Below, piece after piece: positions 9,847-19,800 of a stretch of 49,789 nt of DNA (positions within the stretch are counted from its first letter, which is position 1; each line of letters begins with the position of its first letter). The stretch is from Armatimonadota bacterium (lineage in GTDB: Bacteria; Armatimonadota; DTGP01; DASXUI01), in NCBI GenBank assembly GCA_036504955.1, contig DASXUI010000430.1, positions 1 through 49,789 on the forward strand, given 5' to 3'. Position numbers and translations under genes: made by a program. The notes beneath the pieces were generated by a model, which did no database searches, had not been told where the DNA came from, and was given only the letters and a program-made list of their open reading frames with translations.

Positions 9847-10026
9847 GGCTACACCCCCACATCCCGTTTCGCTCCCGCGCGATGCCGCATCGCCACCCGG
9901 CTCACTGCCCCAGGGGCCGCGCGGAACTACCCCTAGCCTGCTTTGCTCACGATGGGCCCCCGGGAGGCCCGAGCTGTGCCCCATACCGTGGCGCTCCGTG
10001 CGCGGCGCGGTTGCGCCCGCTGGTCG

Positions 10027-10542
10027 CTACACATCCTCTGTAGTGCCTCCGCTCCCCCTCGGGCCAGACGGATCCACCACAACAAGCACCTGCCCCTGGG
10101 CTACCATGTCGCCGTTCGCCACCGGAAGGGCAACTACCCGGCCCTCCACCTCGCTTGGGATCTCGCTGAAGACCTTCATCGCCTCAATCAGGCCGATGGT
10201 CTGCCCTTCCTCCACGTGATCCCCCATCTCGATGAAGGGGGGATCGCCCGGGCCAGGAGCGCGGAAGAAGCATCCGGTCATCGGTGACAGCACCGGCAGG
10301 AACCGGGGATCCTCCTCCGGGCGCAGCTTCACGGGGGTAGGTTGCGCCCCGGCAGGAGCACCGGCGGCCGCCTCAAGCGGCCCTACCGGCACCTCGCCAA
10401 GCGGGGCGGCACTGCGGGCGGTCTGGGTCCTCAGGACCACCCGAACGTCCTTCTCCCGTACCTCAAGCTCCGCCAGCCCCTCGCGTTCCACAAGGTCGAT
10501 GAGCTGTCGCAACTCCGATGCTTCAAGCCGCGTGTCGTCCAT
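10027..10542 (-). CDS. accB: Acetyl-CoA carboxylase biotin carboxyl carrier protein
   Basis: N-terminal ELRQLIDLVE...LAELEV, Pro/Ala linker, SPMTG.FFRAP and biotinylation motif EAMKV. Confidence 0.92.
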   Translation of the reverse strand: MDDTRLEASELRQLIDLVEREGLAELEVREKDVRVVLRTQTARSAAPLGEVPVGPLEAAAGAPAGAQPTPVKLRPEEDPRFLPVLSPMTGCFFRAPGPGDPPFIEMGDHVEEGQTIGLIEAMKVFSEIPSEVEGRVVALPVANGDMVAQGQVLVVVDPSGPRGSGGTTEDV

Positions 10543-11019
10543 GGTTGGGGGCTCACTCCAGAGAGCGGGCGCGGAACCGAGGTCCGCGGCGAGGCTGACG
10601 AGGGGCGGGGTACGGCGGGCGTATGGTGATGGTGAACTCTACCTGCGAGGACCGAAACGGACGACCCTCGGGCCAGGGTCCACGGCGCGGACAGGGTGCC
10701 AGACTACTCAGCGACGGCCGCCCGCCGACGCCCGCTGTAGACTGCGTCCCTTGCCCGTGCTGATCGCCCTTGGGCCTGTCGCCAGCGGCAGAGCTACGTC
10801 GTTGGAGGGGTTGACGGCAGTCGAGAGCCCAAGCCCACCGGACTCCACGTATCGCGCGGCAACTGCTGGGTGGGGAAAGGCGGGGCGGACTCAGCGCAGA
10901 CGCTCCTCCCGCGCCCCGTCCAAACCGGGCACGACGGAGCGCTGCCAGCGCCCGAGCCCTGGGAGCGCGGCCAGGCGAGGCTGCTCCTGGGCAAGTGCCC
11001 GAACTCCAAGGTCACGGAA

Positions 11020-11050
11020 AGTATACCATGGGGCGTTTGACACGGTCAAA
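11020..11050 (-). promoter_or_regulatory. Sigma70-type promoter overlapped by a TTTGAC-N3-GTCAAA palindrome
   Basis: Minus strand TTGACC-N18-TATACT. A perfect inverted repeat at 11036-11050 covers the -35 box. It points toward accB. Confidence 0.6.
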
Positions 11051-11089
11051 CCAAGCGCGGCCCCAGAGCGGGCTTCCAAGGGCTGAAAG

Positions 11090-11169
11090 CGAAGAGGCAC
11101 TCCGCACGAGTGTGCGAGAGTGCCCCTTCTTCGGATGGAATCCCATCCGGCCGTTGGCATCACGCCAAC
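11090..11169. terminator. Three consecutive hairpins; likely terminator region of the 11247-11726 gene
   Basis: GAAGAGGCACTCCGCAC/GTGCGAGAGTGCCCCTTC, CGGATGG/CCATCCG and GTTGGC/GCCAAC stems; only a weak U-tract. Confidence 0.5.
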
Positions 11170-11246
11170 TTCGGTCAAAGCGGGTCAAGCGCCTCAGCTA
11201 ACGCGCCTGCGGCGCTCCGCCGGCCCAACTGATGCGTGCTCGCCGG

Positions 11247-11726
11247 CTACGCGGGTGAGCCGGGGGGCCGCGCCGGCGGCTGATCCGACCCTAGGTTCGG
11301 CTTGACCTCGATCTCATCCTCTCGCGGAAGATAGAGATCCTCAGGGTAGGCCTTCGGGACCCCATCACCCTCGGCGGGCCCTCGGGCCACGTAGGGACGC
11401 CCGTCCGGTCCCGTAACGACGGTGCCGGTAGGATCCCCGGGTTCTGGAGGCGTGTTCCCTAGGCCGGAAACGGTGTTGTCGTTGTCGATCCGGTCCACCG
11501 CGCCCACGGCGATCCCACTGCCTCCAGCACCCACCAGGCCCCCGATAACGGCTCCGGCCACGGCACCAACGGGACCGGCCATAGCGCCCGCGGCCGCGCC
11601 CACGACCGCCCCGCCAACACCACCCAGCACCGCCGCCTTCTCGGGGTCGTTGTTGGGATCATTATCGATCCCGTGCCGGACAGCATCGGGATGCGTCACT
11701 TCAGTGCGAACTGTGTCGTCTGCCAT
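11247..11726 (-). CDS. Small acidic glycine-zipper membrane protein, general-stress-like
   Basis: GGVGGAVVGAAAGAMAGPVGAVAGAVIGGLVGAGG glycine zipper flanked by D/P-rich segments. GAGGAG RBS before ATG 11726. Confidence 0.7.
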   Translation of the reverse strand: MADDTVRTEVTHPDAVRHGIDNDPNNDPEKAAVLGGVGGAVVGAAAGAMAGPVGAVAGAVIGGLVGAGGSGIAVGAVDRIDNDNTVSGLGNTPPEPGDPTGTVVTGPDGRPYVARGPAEGDGVPKAYPEDLYLPREDEIEVKPNLGSDQPPARPPGSPA

Positions 11727-11777
11727 GGTTGAACTCTCCTCGACGGGCTCAAGTTCCACGCCCGTCTAGCGAGAGTC

Positions 11778-11803
11778 TACCCAGCCGCCGCAAGGAGCCA
11801 AAC
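11778..11803 (-). promoter_or_regulatory. Possible SigB/SigF-like stress promoter
   Basis: Minus strand GTTT-N17-GGGTA about 50 nt upstream of the glycine-zipper gene. Confidence 0.35.
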
Positions 11804-11994
11804 GGTGGTAAGATACGAGGCCAAGCCTGCGGCCTGGGGGTAACCCTGGGGTCTCCAACCTCGATCGCGCCCGAAGCGCTCAAGTGAGGCTTGCGGAAGC
11901 CCTCGCCCCACCCGGCGCGCCTGTGCCCCGTACGCTGGGCCGCCGCGGCGGGAGCGGGGCCATCCGAGAGCGGAAGCGCCGTCCGGGCGTTACC

Positions 11995-12645
11995 CTACGC
12001 GGTGAACATCGGAGAGGCAGACGAAGGAGGACCGGACTCAGACGAGCTCTCACCCGGGCCGGCTATCCCCCCCCCGCCCCCCATGGAGTCCATGGGAGGT
12101 GAGGTGGGCACCTGGCAGTAGGGGCAATACTGCCAGTCAGGCTCTAGGACGCCCTGGCAGGAGAGGCATGTCAGCCCTGCTTGAGGGCCGCAGTAGGGGC
12201 AAACGACGTACTCCTCCCTCAGCCGGAAGCCGCAGCGCATACAGGTGCGCGGGCGCTCAGGGCGCGAGATGAAGTAGCCCACCAGCCCGAACACGTTGGT
12301 GACCAGCACCATCCCAGCCCAGGCGGAGGCCCTGCCGCCACGCTCGCGCGCGTCCTGGTATACCCAGGCGGCCATGCAGAAGCCGAAGCCGGAGTAGGCA
12401 AAGAACATCCAGCTCCCGGCGTCCGCCGAGTGAGGACTCCCCAGGTTGCGCGCCAGAGCAAGAAGGAATAGGAGCGCGAAGACACACGCGAACCAGAGGA
12501 GAGCGCTGCCCTTGCGGTCCCGCTCCGGAGGTAGGAGTCGGCTGAAGTCCAGCGGCATCAGCCGGCCTGTACGCTGGTAGCTCTGCCCCAACACGAAGCA
12601 CGCGAGCCCCACTACGACCAGCAGCATCAGGCCGATCAGGTCCAT
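11995..12645 (-). CDS. Membrane protein with PLDc_N-like helices and a double zinc ribbon
   Basis: Several TM helices, WVYQDARERG..A.W...V.....GLV.Y, then CMRC..CPYC..CLSC..CPYC. GGAGG RBS before ATG 12645. Confidence 0.8.
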   Translation of the reverse strand: MDLIGLMLLVVVGLACFVLGQSYQRTGRLMPLDFSRLLPPERDRKGSALLWFACVFALLFLLALARNLGSPHSADAGSWMFFAYSGFGFCMAAWVYQDARERGGRASAWAGMVLVTNVFGLVGYFISRPERPRTCMRCGFRLREEYVVCPYCGPQAGLTCLSCQGVLEPDWQYCPYCQVPTSPPMDSMGGGGGIAGPGESSSESGPPSSASPMFTA

Positions 12646-12646
12646 C

Positions 12647-13168
12647 TCATACCCTCCTGTGCGGCCGGGCTGCGTGGGCCTGCGACTTGGCAGAGAGCGC
12701 CAGTACGGGCACCAGCGTGACCATAGCCAAAAGGCTGACGGCGAGCGGGAGTTTCTGCCACAGGGTGAGCCCCTGGAACGCTCCGGAGACCCATTGGCTG
12801 GCAGTGAAGAGGGACGCCTTCGGTCCCCCCAGGGCAACAATGAGGGCTACCGCGCCGGCGGCGGCCAGGAAGGAACCGAGCGCCCCCACAAGCTGCCGGC
12901 GATCCTCCTGCCGGCGCAGCTCTTGGTTGGCACGGGCGGGGCCCGGCGACACCTCGGTATGCAGGGCCAGTCGGGCCACCCGCTCCCCGTAGGGGCTCTC
13001 CGGCGGCTCCGGCAGCCCCTCCAGCAGGGAAAACACCGCCTCCAACTCCCGCCGGAGGGCATCACAATCCAGGCAGCGGCACAGGTGTCCCGCGATCCGG
13101 TCTCGCTCGCCCAGCGACCGCCCGGCCACATACTCAGGCAGGATCGACTGAACGGCCCGACAGGTCAT
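12647..13168 (-). CDS. Zinc-binding (ZAS/zf-HC2) membrane anti-sigma factor
   Basis: MTC...L.EY...HLCRCLDC (HxxxCxxC) followed by two TM helices. The ATG overlaps the sigma stop codon (TGATG). Confidence 0.88.
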   Translation of the reverse strand: MTCRAVQSILPEYVAGRSLGERDRIAGHLCRCLDCDALRRELEAVFSLLEGLPEPPESPYGERVARLALHTEVSPGPARANQELRRQEDRRQLVGALGSFLAAAGAVALIVALGGPKASLFTASQWVSGAFQGLTLWQKLPLAVSLLAMVTLVPVLALSAKSQAHAARPHRRV

Positions 13169-13755
13169 CACGACCGTGCTCCCCCAAGGGTGACTGCCGG
13201 CTCCGGCACCGAAGCCAGAGCAGGTAGGAGCACCCGCATCTTCGCGATACCGTGATGCATACGCGACTTCACGGTGCCCAGGGCGCAGTTGCACACCTGA
13301 GCGATGTCCTGGTAACTCATACCCTCAAAGTAGAAGAGGACAAGCGCGATACGCTGATCCGGCGAGAGCCGGTCCAGCGCCTGTCGCACCGCGCGGCCGT
13401 CAAGCCGCAGCATGGCGGTCCCCTCCACACTTCCGGGTGCCTGCATCTCACCCAGATCCTCCCAGGCGCATTCCGACCGCCGGGAGCGCTTGCTCAGCTC
13501 CGTGCGGCACAGGTTAGCGGCGATGGCGAAGAGCCAGGTTGAAAAGCGTCCATCGGCCCGGTACCGATGGGAGTATCGGTAGGCGCGCAGCAGGGTCTCC
13601 TGGGCCACGTCCTCTGCCGACTCTCGGTGGTGAAGCATCCGGTAGCAGAAGGCGTATACGCGTCTGTAATACCGCGAAACCAGTAGATCCATGGCCTGGG
13701 CGTTGCCCGAACGGCACTGAAACATCAGCTCGTCATCCGAAGGTTGCATTGGCAT
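13168..13755 (-). CDS. ECF RNA polymerase sigma factor (SigW/RpoE-like)
   Basis: SDDELM, AEDVAQETLLRAY, FSTWLFAIAANLC (region 2); LSPDQR..LVLFYFEGMSYQDIA...GTVKSRMH (region 4). Start 13755 is preferred over 13800 because of the promoter position. Confidence 0.95.
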   Translation of the reverse strand: MPMQPSDDELMFQCRSGNAQAMDLLVSRYYRRVYAFCYRMLHHRESAEDVAQETLLRAYRYSHRYRADGRFSTWLFAIAANLCRTELSKRSRRSECAWEDLGEMQAPGSVEGTAMLRLDGRAVRQALDRLSPDQRIALVLFYFEGMSYQDIAQVCNCALGTVKSRMHHGIAKMRVLLPALASVPEPAVTLGGARS

Positions 13756-13803
13756 CGTCTTGGGCGCCTCTCGCCTCCCCCCGTGGGGAGTAGCGTTCAT
13801 CGG

Positions 13804-13831
13804 TTAGACCAGCCAAACGCCTCGCGGGTTC
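13804..13831 (-). promoter_or_regulatory. ECF-type promoter, probably autoregulatory
   Basis: Minus strand GAACCC-N16-GTCTAA directly upstream of the ECF sigma gene; the same motif and spacing recur at 49669-49696. Confidence 0.7.
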
Positions 13832-14509
13832 TGCCCTGCCGAAGGCGTTTTCCCAGGGGTGTGCGGCCGCACGCCCCTCTGGCTCTTCACACGAAGACCG
13901 CGCCATCCACGCCCCTGGTATGCCTCGCGCTACCACGCCCGGCGGGGGGCGACCCGACCGCCGTCCGGGCTGGTCGCCACGCGGATCCGCGGCCAGCTTA
14001 GAGGGCTAGCAAGCAGCCCCAACTTGCTCCTTCCTCCAGAACGGCTGACAAGAAGGAGATCCCGGTCGTCCGTCCAACAGTAGCGCACAAGACCATGGCC
14101 TTGTCGGGCCGGCAGAGGGTACCCAGCCCCGTCTGGGCCGCGCACCTCCTCCCGGCCTGCATCCAGTCGCGCGCTGTGCGCGCGATGGTCGCCGCGCGTG
14201 GCGTGAGCGAGTGCCCAACCTCGGGGACCCGGGCCCAAGGGCCCGCCTTCCGGGAGACCGGCACAGGGAAGCACGCAAGTAGTGAGCTGTCCGACTACTC
14301 GCCGCATCCCCCGCAGTACGGGAGAGGGTTGGCGTCCGGCCCCAGGCCGTGAAGTGTAGTCACCCTGGGGCAGGTGAAGCCAGACGACCCAGTGGGACGC
14401 GGGCTGCAGTGCCGTTGTGAGGGGGCCGAGTGTAGAGCCGGCCCGTCTCGTCATCGCGCGAGCGGCCAGCCGGTTCTGACCGGCGGTCGCGGCATCCCTG
14501 GAGGCCACG

Positions 14510-15631
14510 ATGCTTGGGACTCTCAACCAAATGCTCGATATCATGGTCGAGCGTGACGCCTCGGATCTTCACATAACGGCCGGCGAGCCGCCCACCATCC
14601 GCTGGCATGGCCGCCTGCACCGCCTGCAGGAGTTCGGTGAGCTTCACCCGGAAGACTGCCTGGCCCTGGTCAAGACGATCACCCCGGAACGCAACCTGAA
14701 GGAGCTGGAGGAGCGTCGCGGCTCCGACTTCGGCTTCAGCTTCGGCGACAAGGCCCGGTTTCGAACCAGCGTCTTCTGGCAAAAGAACGCCGCCGGCATC
14801 AACATGCGGCTTATCCCCTACCGGCTGCTGACCTTCGAGCAGCTCGGGCTCCCCATCCACGTCCAGCGGCTTCTGCACGCTCCTCGAGGTCTGGTGCTGA
14901 TCACCGGCCCTACCGGCAGCGGAAAGACAACCACGCTGGCCACGATGATCGACTACGTGAACACCAACCGCGACTGCCACATCATCACCGTCGAGGACCC
15001 CATCGAGTACTACCACTGGCCCAAGAAGTCCATCATCACCCAGCGCGAGGTGCACGTGGATGTCCCCAGTTTCGATGAGGGGATCATCCGCGCTCTGCGC
15101 CAGGACCCGGACGTGATCCTGGTGGGTGAGATGCGAGACCTGGCCACCATTTCCGCGGCGGTTCGGGCGGCGGAAACCGGACACCTCGTTCTATCGACCC
15201 TACACACCACGGGCGCGGCCCGCACCGTGGACCGCATCACCGACGTCTTCCCCTTCGACCAGCAGGAGCAGATCCGCATGCAGCTCAGCGGAAACCTGCT
15301 GGCCGTCATCTCCCAGCTTCTGCTCCCACAGCCGGACGGCAAGGGGCGCCACGCCGCTTACGAGATCATGATCTGCACCCCGGCCATCCAGCACCACATC
15401 CGGGAGAAGAAGACCTACGCCATCACCTCGGACATCCAGACCGGCCAGCAGCTCGGCATGCAGAGCCTCGATTCCTCCCTCGTCCAGTTGTGGTCCAAGG
15501 GGACCATCTCGGCGGAAGAGGCACTGCGCAGCGCGGAGAAGCCGGAAGAGGTGAAGGAGAAGATGCAGCAGTTCACAGCCAGCACCGGGGCGGCCCAGCA
15601 GCCGCGCATGGCCGGTGCGCTGAGTCGCTAG
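14510..15631 (+). CDS. pilT: Type IV pilus retraction ATPase PilT
   Basis: [12 protein letters not shown], Walker [49 protein letters not shown] and GMQSLD. Confidence 0.95.
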   Translation: MLGTLNQMLDIMVERDASDLHITAGEPPTIRWHGRLHRLQEFGELHPEDCLALVKTITPERNLKELEERRGSDFGFSFGDKARFRTSVFWQKNAAGINMRLIPYRLLTFEQLGLPIHVQRLLHAPRGLVLITGPTGSGKTTTLATMIDYVNTNRDCHIITVEDPIEYYHWPKKSIITQREVHVDVPSFDEGIIRALRQDPDVILVGEMRDLATISAAVRAAETGHLVLSTLHTTGAARTVDRITDVFPFDQQEQIRMQLSGNLLAVISQLLLPQPDGKGRHAAYEIMICTPAIQHHIREKKTYAITSDIQTGQQLGMQSLDSSLVQLWSKGTISAEEALRSAEKPEEVKEKMQQFTASTGAAQQPRMAGALSR

Positions 15632-15771
15632 AGCTTGTGCTCACCGGCACGGTCGGGCCCGCCTGCGGCCCGGCCGGGCCAGTGAGCGCACAATATCAAG
15701 GGCAACCGAGTGGCCGACGAGGACTCACTCCCCGCTGGGTTCCGGCTGTCCAGTCAGCAGAGAGGTGTCAC

Positions 15772-16536
15772 ATGAAAAGGATCCTTGACGCCCTCCGGTC
15801 TGAGGGGCGCCGCAGTTCAGGCTTCACGCTAATCGAGCTGCTGGTCGTGATCGCCATCATCGCGATCCTGGCCGCCATACTCTTTCCCGTCTTCGCCAAG
15901 GCGCGGGAGCGCGCTCGCATCAGCTCCTGCTCTAGCAACATGAACCAGATCGGTAAGGGCCTCTACACCTACCTCGGTGAGTGGGACGGCGCCTACCCGA
16001 TGAACCGACTGCCCGACAAGACCCACACCAATATCAGCACCGCCAGCGGTCTTGACGGGTCCACCATCAGTTGGAAGAACCAGCTCCGCAGCTACGTGAA
16101 GAGCCTTGACGTCTACAAGTGCCCGAGCAACCCAAAGGCGGACACCATGGACCACACGGGCATCTTCCCAGTCTCCTACGCCTACAACGGCGGCCGGTTC
16201 TGGGAGTACGTACAGGGCTCCGGCTATGGACCGCGCTACGAGAGCGACGTACCCGAACCCTCCGAGACCCTCTTCATCCTCGAGACGCAGGACCCATGCT
16301 GTCCCGACCAGGGACCCTGGCAGCTCAATCAGGGCGAGAACCTGAAGAACATCCTCTGGGCTCACGGCAACGTTCACAACTGGCTCTTCGCCGATACCCA
16401 CGCGAAGACGATGAAGCTGGTTCAGACGATGGTGCCGAAGGAGATGTGGAAGAACTACTCCCAGATCGGGCCTGCTCCGAACGACCAAGCGTGGTACAAC
16501 ACCTGCGCCAAGACCATCCCGATGGCCTGGCGTTAG
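15772..16536 (+). CDS. Prepilin-type N-terminal cleavage/methylation protein (DUF1559 / H-X9-DG type)
   Basis: G|[44 protein letters not shown], and C-terminal [24 protein letters not shown] before ATG 15772. Confidence 0.92.
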   Translation: MKRILDALRSEGRRSSGFTLIELLVVIAIIAILAAILFPVFAKARERARISSCSSNMNQIGKGLYTYLGEWDGAYPMNRLPDKTHTNISTASGLDGSTISWKNQLRSYVKSLDVYKCPSNPKADTMDHTGIFPVSYAYNGGRFWEYVQGSGYGPRYESDVPEPSETLFILETQDPCCPDQGPWQLNQGENLKNILWAHGNVHNWLFADTHAKTMKLVQTMVPKEMWKNYSQIGPAPNDQAWYNTCAKTIPMAWR

Positions 16537-16546
16537 CTCTCCTCGC

Positions 16547-16577
16547 CGGGGGCCTCGCGACCCGTGCGAGGCCCCCG
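16547..16577 (+). terminator. GC-rich hairpin after the prepilin gene
   Basis: 12-bp stem CGGGGGCCTCGC/GCGAGGCCCCCG with a 7-nt loop and no U-tract. Confidence 0.5.
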
Positions 16578-16649
16578 ACTCCTGCCAGCCCAGCCACCAC
16601 GACCCAGGGCCCGCCTTTCCTGCGCCTGGCGGGCCACCGCACCAGCCCA

Positions 16650-16727
16650 GCCCTCTCCACCCCTTCACCCCGCCTCTCGTGCGCTTCACCTCTTGACCTC
16701 CCCACCCCCTCACGCCCTTGCAGGCCC
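16650..16727. repeat. Degenerate single-arm copy of the modular element (CCTCTTCA/CCCCCTCA units)
   Basis: CCCCTTCACCCC...CTTCACCTCTTGACCTCCCCACCCCCTCACGCCCTT resembles the C-rich arms at 25217-25258 and 32505-32546. Confidence 0.55.
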
Positions 16728-16810
16728 CCCGCGCGCGGAAGGGGAACCAGAGGTTGGCTGCCCCGTCCTCGTAATGGCTCGACCCAGTTTCCACGAAAGG
16801 CCCTTCACCC

Positions 16811-19800
16811 ATGCCCTGCCCTACCGCCCGTCCTCTGCCGCGCGTCTGCCTGCTGATTGCGCTTTGGCTCGCCGCCCAGGCTCTGTCGGCGGAAGCTGAC
16901 CGCCCGAGTCCCCCGTACGCTCTTGGCGCCGGCCGATTCGGGGCGGGAGCCACCGGCACGGCGCCGGAGGGCTGGCGCGTCACTGACGGGGCCGGGAAGG
17001 AAGCGTCGGGCGGCTGGGTCGTGGTCGAGGACTCAGCGGCAGGCGCTTCCGGCAGGGCAGTGGAGACACGGATGCTGGCGAAGGCGCCCACCTACCTGGA
17101 GCGCGCCTTCGAGCCGACCACCGACGACCTGACTCTGGAGCTCCGGGTGCGAACCCAGTCCTCTACCTCAAGGCGTGGGATCGGGTTTGGCGTGGCCTCG
17201 GGGGCGCCCTCCGTCCTGGCGCACAGGGCCGCCTACCTTGCCTTCCTGGGCAACGGCACCATCGCCGCGCATGACGGGCAGTTTTTCAAGCAAGTGGGCA
17301 CCTACACCGCGAACACGTGGGTCTCAGTCCGGGTCGCCGTCAGCGTGCGTCTCGGCGGAATGACGGTGTGGCTGAACGGCAGACCCGCCACCACGGACCT
17401 GATCCCGCTGACGCACGGCCAGGAGCGCGTCGACCGCGTCTTCCTCACCAACGAGGGCGCCGACCCTGAGGTGGTCCGGGTGGCGGGCCTCTCCCTAACC
17501 GGCACGGCCCTCACCTCCCCGGCGCCCCTGAGCGCGGCAAGCGTGGGCGGCAGCTCAAAGCCGGCGGTGGAGCTGTCCTGGCACGCGGTGCCAGGGGCCG
17601 AGGGTTACCGCGTCTACCGGGGCCATCAGAGAGTGGCGGAGGTTAACCCTTCACCTCGCGTGCTGCCGCACGTCACCTACCGGGATGCCGGGGTGACCCA
17701 GGACCAGGCCTGTTCCTACCGAGTCACGGCCGTAAGGGGAGATGAGGAGAGCCTGCCCTCCTGGCCCACCCCGGTGCTGGTGGGTGGCACGCCGCTGCCC
17801 GCCCCCAGTCAAACGCGTTACGATGTGGTCATCTTCGGCGGCACCCCCGGAGGCGTGGCCGCCGCGGTCGCCGCCGCGCGCCGGGGCGCCTCCGTGCTGC
17901 TGCTCTCCCACAACGGCCACGTGGGCGGCATGATCTCCGGCGGACTGGGGCAGACCGACCTCCGGCTCCGCCAGGCTGCCAGCGGCCTCTTCAAAGAGAT
18001 GATCGGCCGCATTCGCGACTACTACCTCCGGACCTACGGGGCCGACTCCCGCCAGTACCAGGAGTGCGGAGGAGGGTACTGGATCGAGCCCAGCGTGGGA
18101 GAGCTGACGCTCCGGCGCATGCTGGCGGAGGAGCCGGGGATTCACGTGGCCTTCCACCAGCGGCTGACGGCCGTGCAGACGGTGCCGCTGTACGGGAACC
18201 ACTGGGCCAGCCGCAGGGTAACCGCCGTCTCCACCTCGGGCAGAGACGGGGGTACCCCTCGCCGGTACACGGGAACCACCTTCATCGATGCCAGCTACGA
18301 GGGCGACCTGGCGGCGAAGGCAGGCGCGGAGTACCGCGTGGGCCGCGAGGGACGGGCCGAGCACGGCGAGGAGTACGCGGGGATCATCTACTGGGACTGG
18401 GAGAGCGGCAAGCTGGTCGAGGGCACCACCGGCGAGGCCGACAGCCGGATCCAGGCCTACTGCTACCGTCTCACCCTCACCAACCGCGCCGCGAACCGCG
18501 TTCCCATCGCCAGACCGGAGGGGTATGACGCCGCCCCCTACGGCTCCATCGCTCAGGACGTGGCGGCCGGCAAGATCACCGGCATCGCTCAGGTGATCTA
18601 CTTCGGCAAGCTGCCGAACGAGAAGTACGACATCAATAACATGGGCAAGTACTGGCCCTCCACCGACTACATCGAGGAAAACACGGCCTATCCCTCCGCC
18701 TCGGACTCGGAGCGGGAGTCGATGGCCCTGGCCCATCGGCGATGGGCGCTGGGGCTGCTCTACTACCTCCGGAACGACCCCGGACTGCCCGAGGAGTTCC
18801 GCCGCGACGCGCTCCAGTGGGGCCTGCCCGCCGACGAGCACCAGGAGACCGGCAACTTCCCGGAGCAGCTCTACGTTCGCGAGGCGCGCCGCATCGTGGG
18901 TCGCGCGCTCTTCACCGAAAACGATGCCCGCTCCGCCGACAAGAACGTGCGGGCGCCGCTCCATCCCGACGGCGCGGCGGTGGCCGAGTACCCGCTGGAC
19001 TCGCACGCCACCCGCAAGCGGGAGCCGGGGCACCCGAACCAGCTCGAGGGCTTCTTCTACCTGCCCTTCGTCACCCGCTCCTCCCAGATCCCCTTCGGCG
19101 TGCTCACCCCCAAAGGCCTAGACGCCCTGATGGTCTGCGTCGCCACCTCCGGCACCCACGTGGGCAACTCCACCATCCGGCTTGAGCCGATCTACATGGC
19201 ACTCGGCGAGGTGTGCGGCACAACGGCCGCCCGCGCAGCCCGTCTCGGCGTGCCCCCCAACTTCGCCGCCCCCCGCCCCCTTCAGGATGACCTCCTGTCG
19301 CGGCGGGCGCAGCTCACCTTCTTCAATGGGCTGAAAGATGACGACCCCGCCTGGGCTGCCTGCCAGTACTGGGGCACGCAGGGGCTCTTCCCCAGCTACG
19401 ACGCTGCCACCAGCGGCCCCATCAGAGTTGACGACGCCACGGAGTGGCTCTTCCGCTTCCTGGCCCGAGAGAAACCGGAGCTGTGGGAGATGCCGGGGCT
19501 AGACCCAAAGATGCGCGACCCCAACAGCCCCGAGAGCCGTGCGGCCGAGGGCAGGAACGGGGCCGGCACCCGCGAGAGCCCCTACGTAGCGGCTCTCAGG
19601 GACCTCAAGGTACTGGAAGACGGAGCGGCAGCCACTTCCGATGCCTCGGTGAGCTTGGGTGAGGCCGCGCTGTGGATTGTGAAGGGGAAGCAGGCCATCG
19701 GCCGATGGAGGGGCGAGCCCTGTGCCACCGCCGTCGACGCCGCCTCAACTCTCCTCTCACGCGGAGTGCTGGTCGGCACTGAGAACCGCACCGAAGGGGA

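Noticed and set aside
9847-10026. Possible SAM/lysine riboswitch, T-box or Thr leader peptide upstream of hom
   Set aside because: No SAM-I, lysine or T-box consensus, no Thr-codon-rich mini-ORF and no U-tailed terminator is visible.
11729-11757. GGAACTT-N16-GTTCAA sigmaE-like motif before the glycine-zipper gene
   Set aside because: The -10 box would end 2 nt before the ATG and the spacer contains the RBS, so the geometry is incompatible with the start.
13832-14509. Small ORFs and a c-di-GMP-riboswitch-like stretch (GTGGGACGC..., CCGTGAAG...GGGCA) upstream of pilT
   Set aside because: It lacks the GCAAA/GNRA elements of class I and the paired GCAC/GTGC pseudoknot of class II. The ORFs have no RBS or motifs.
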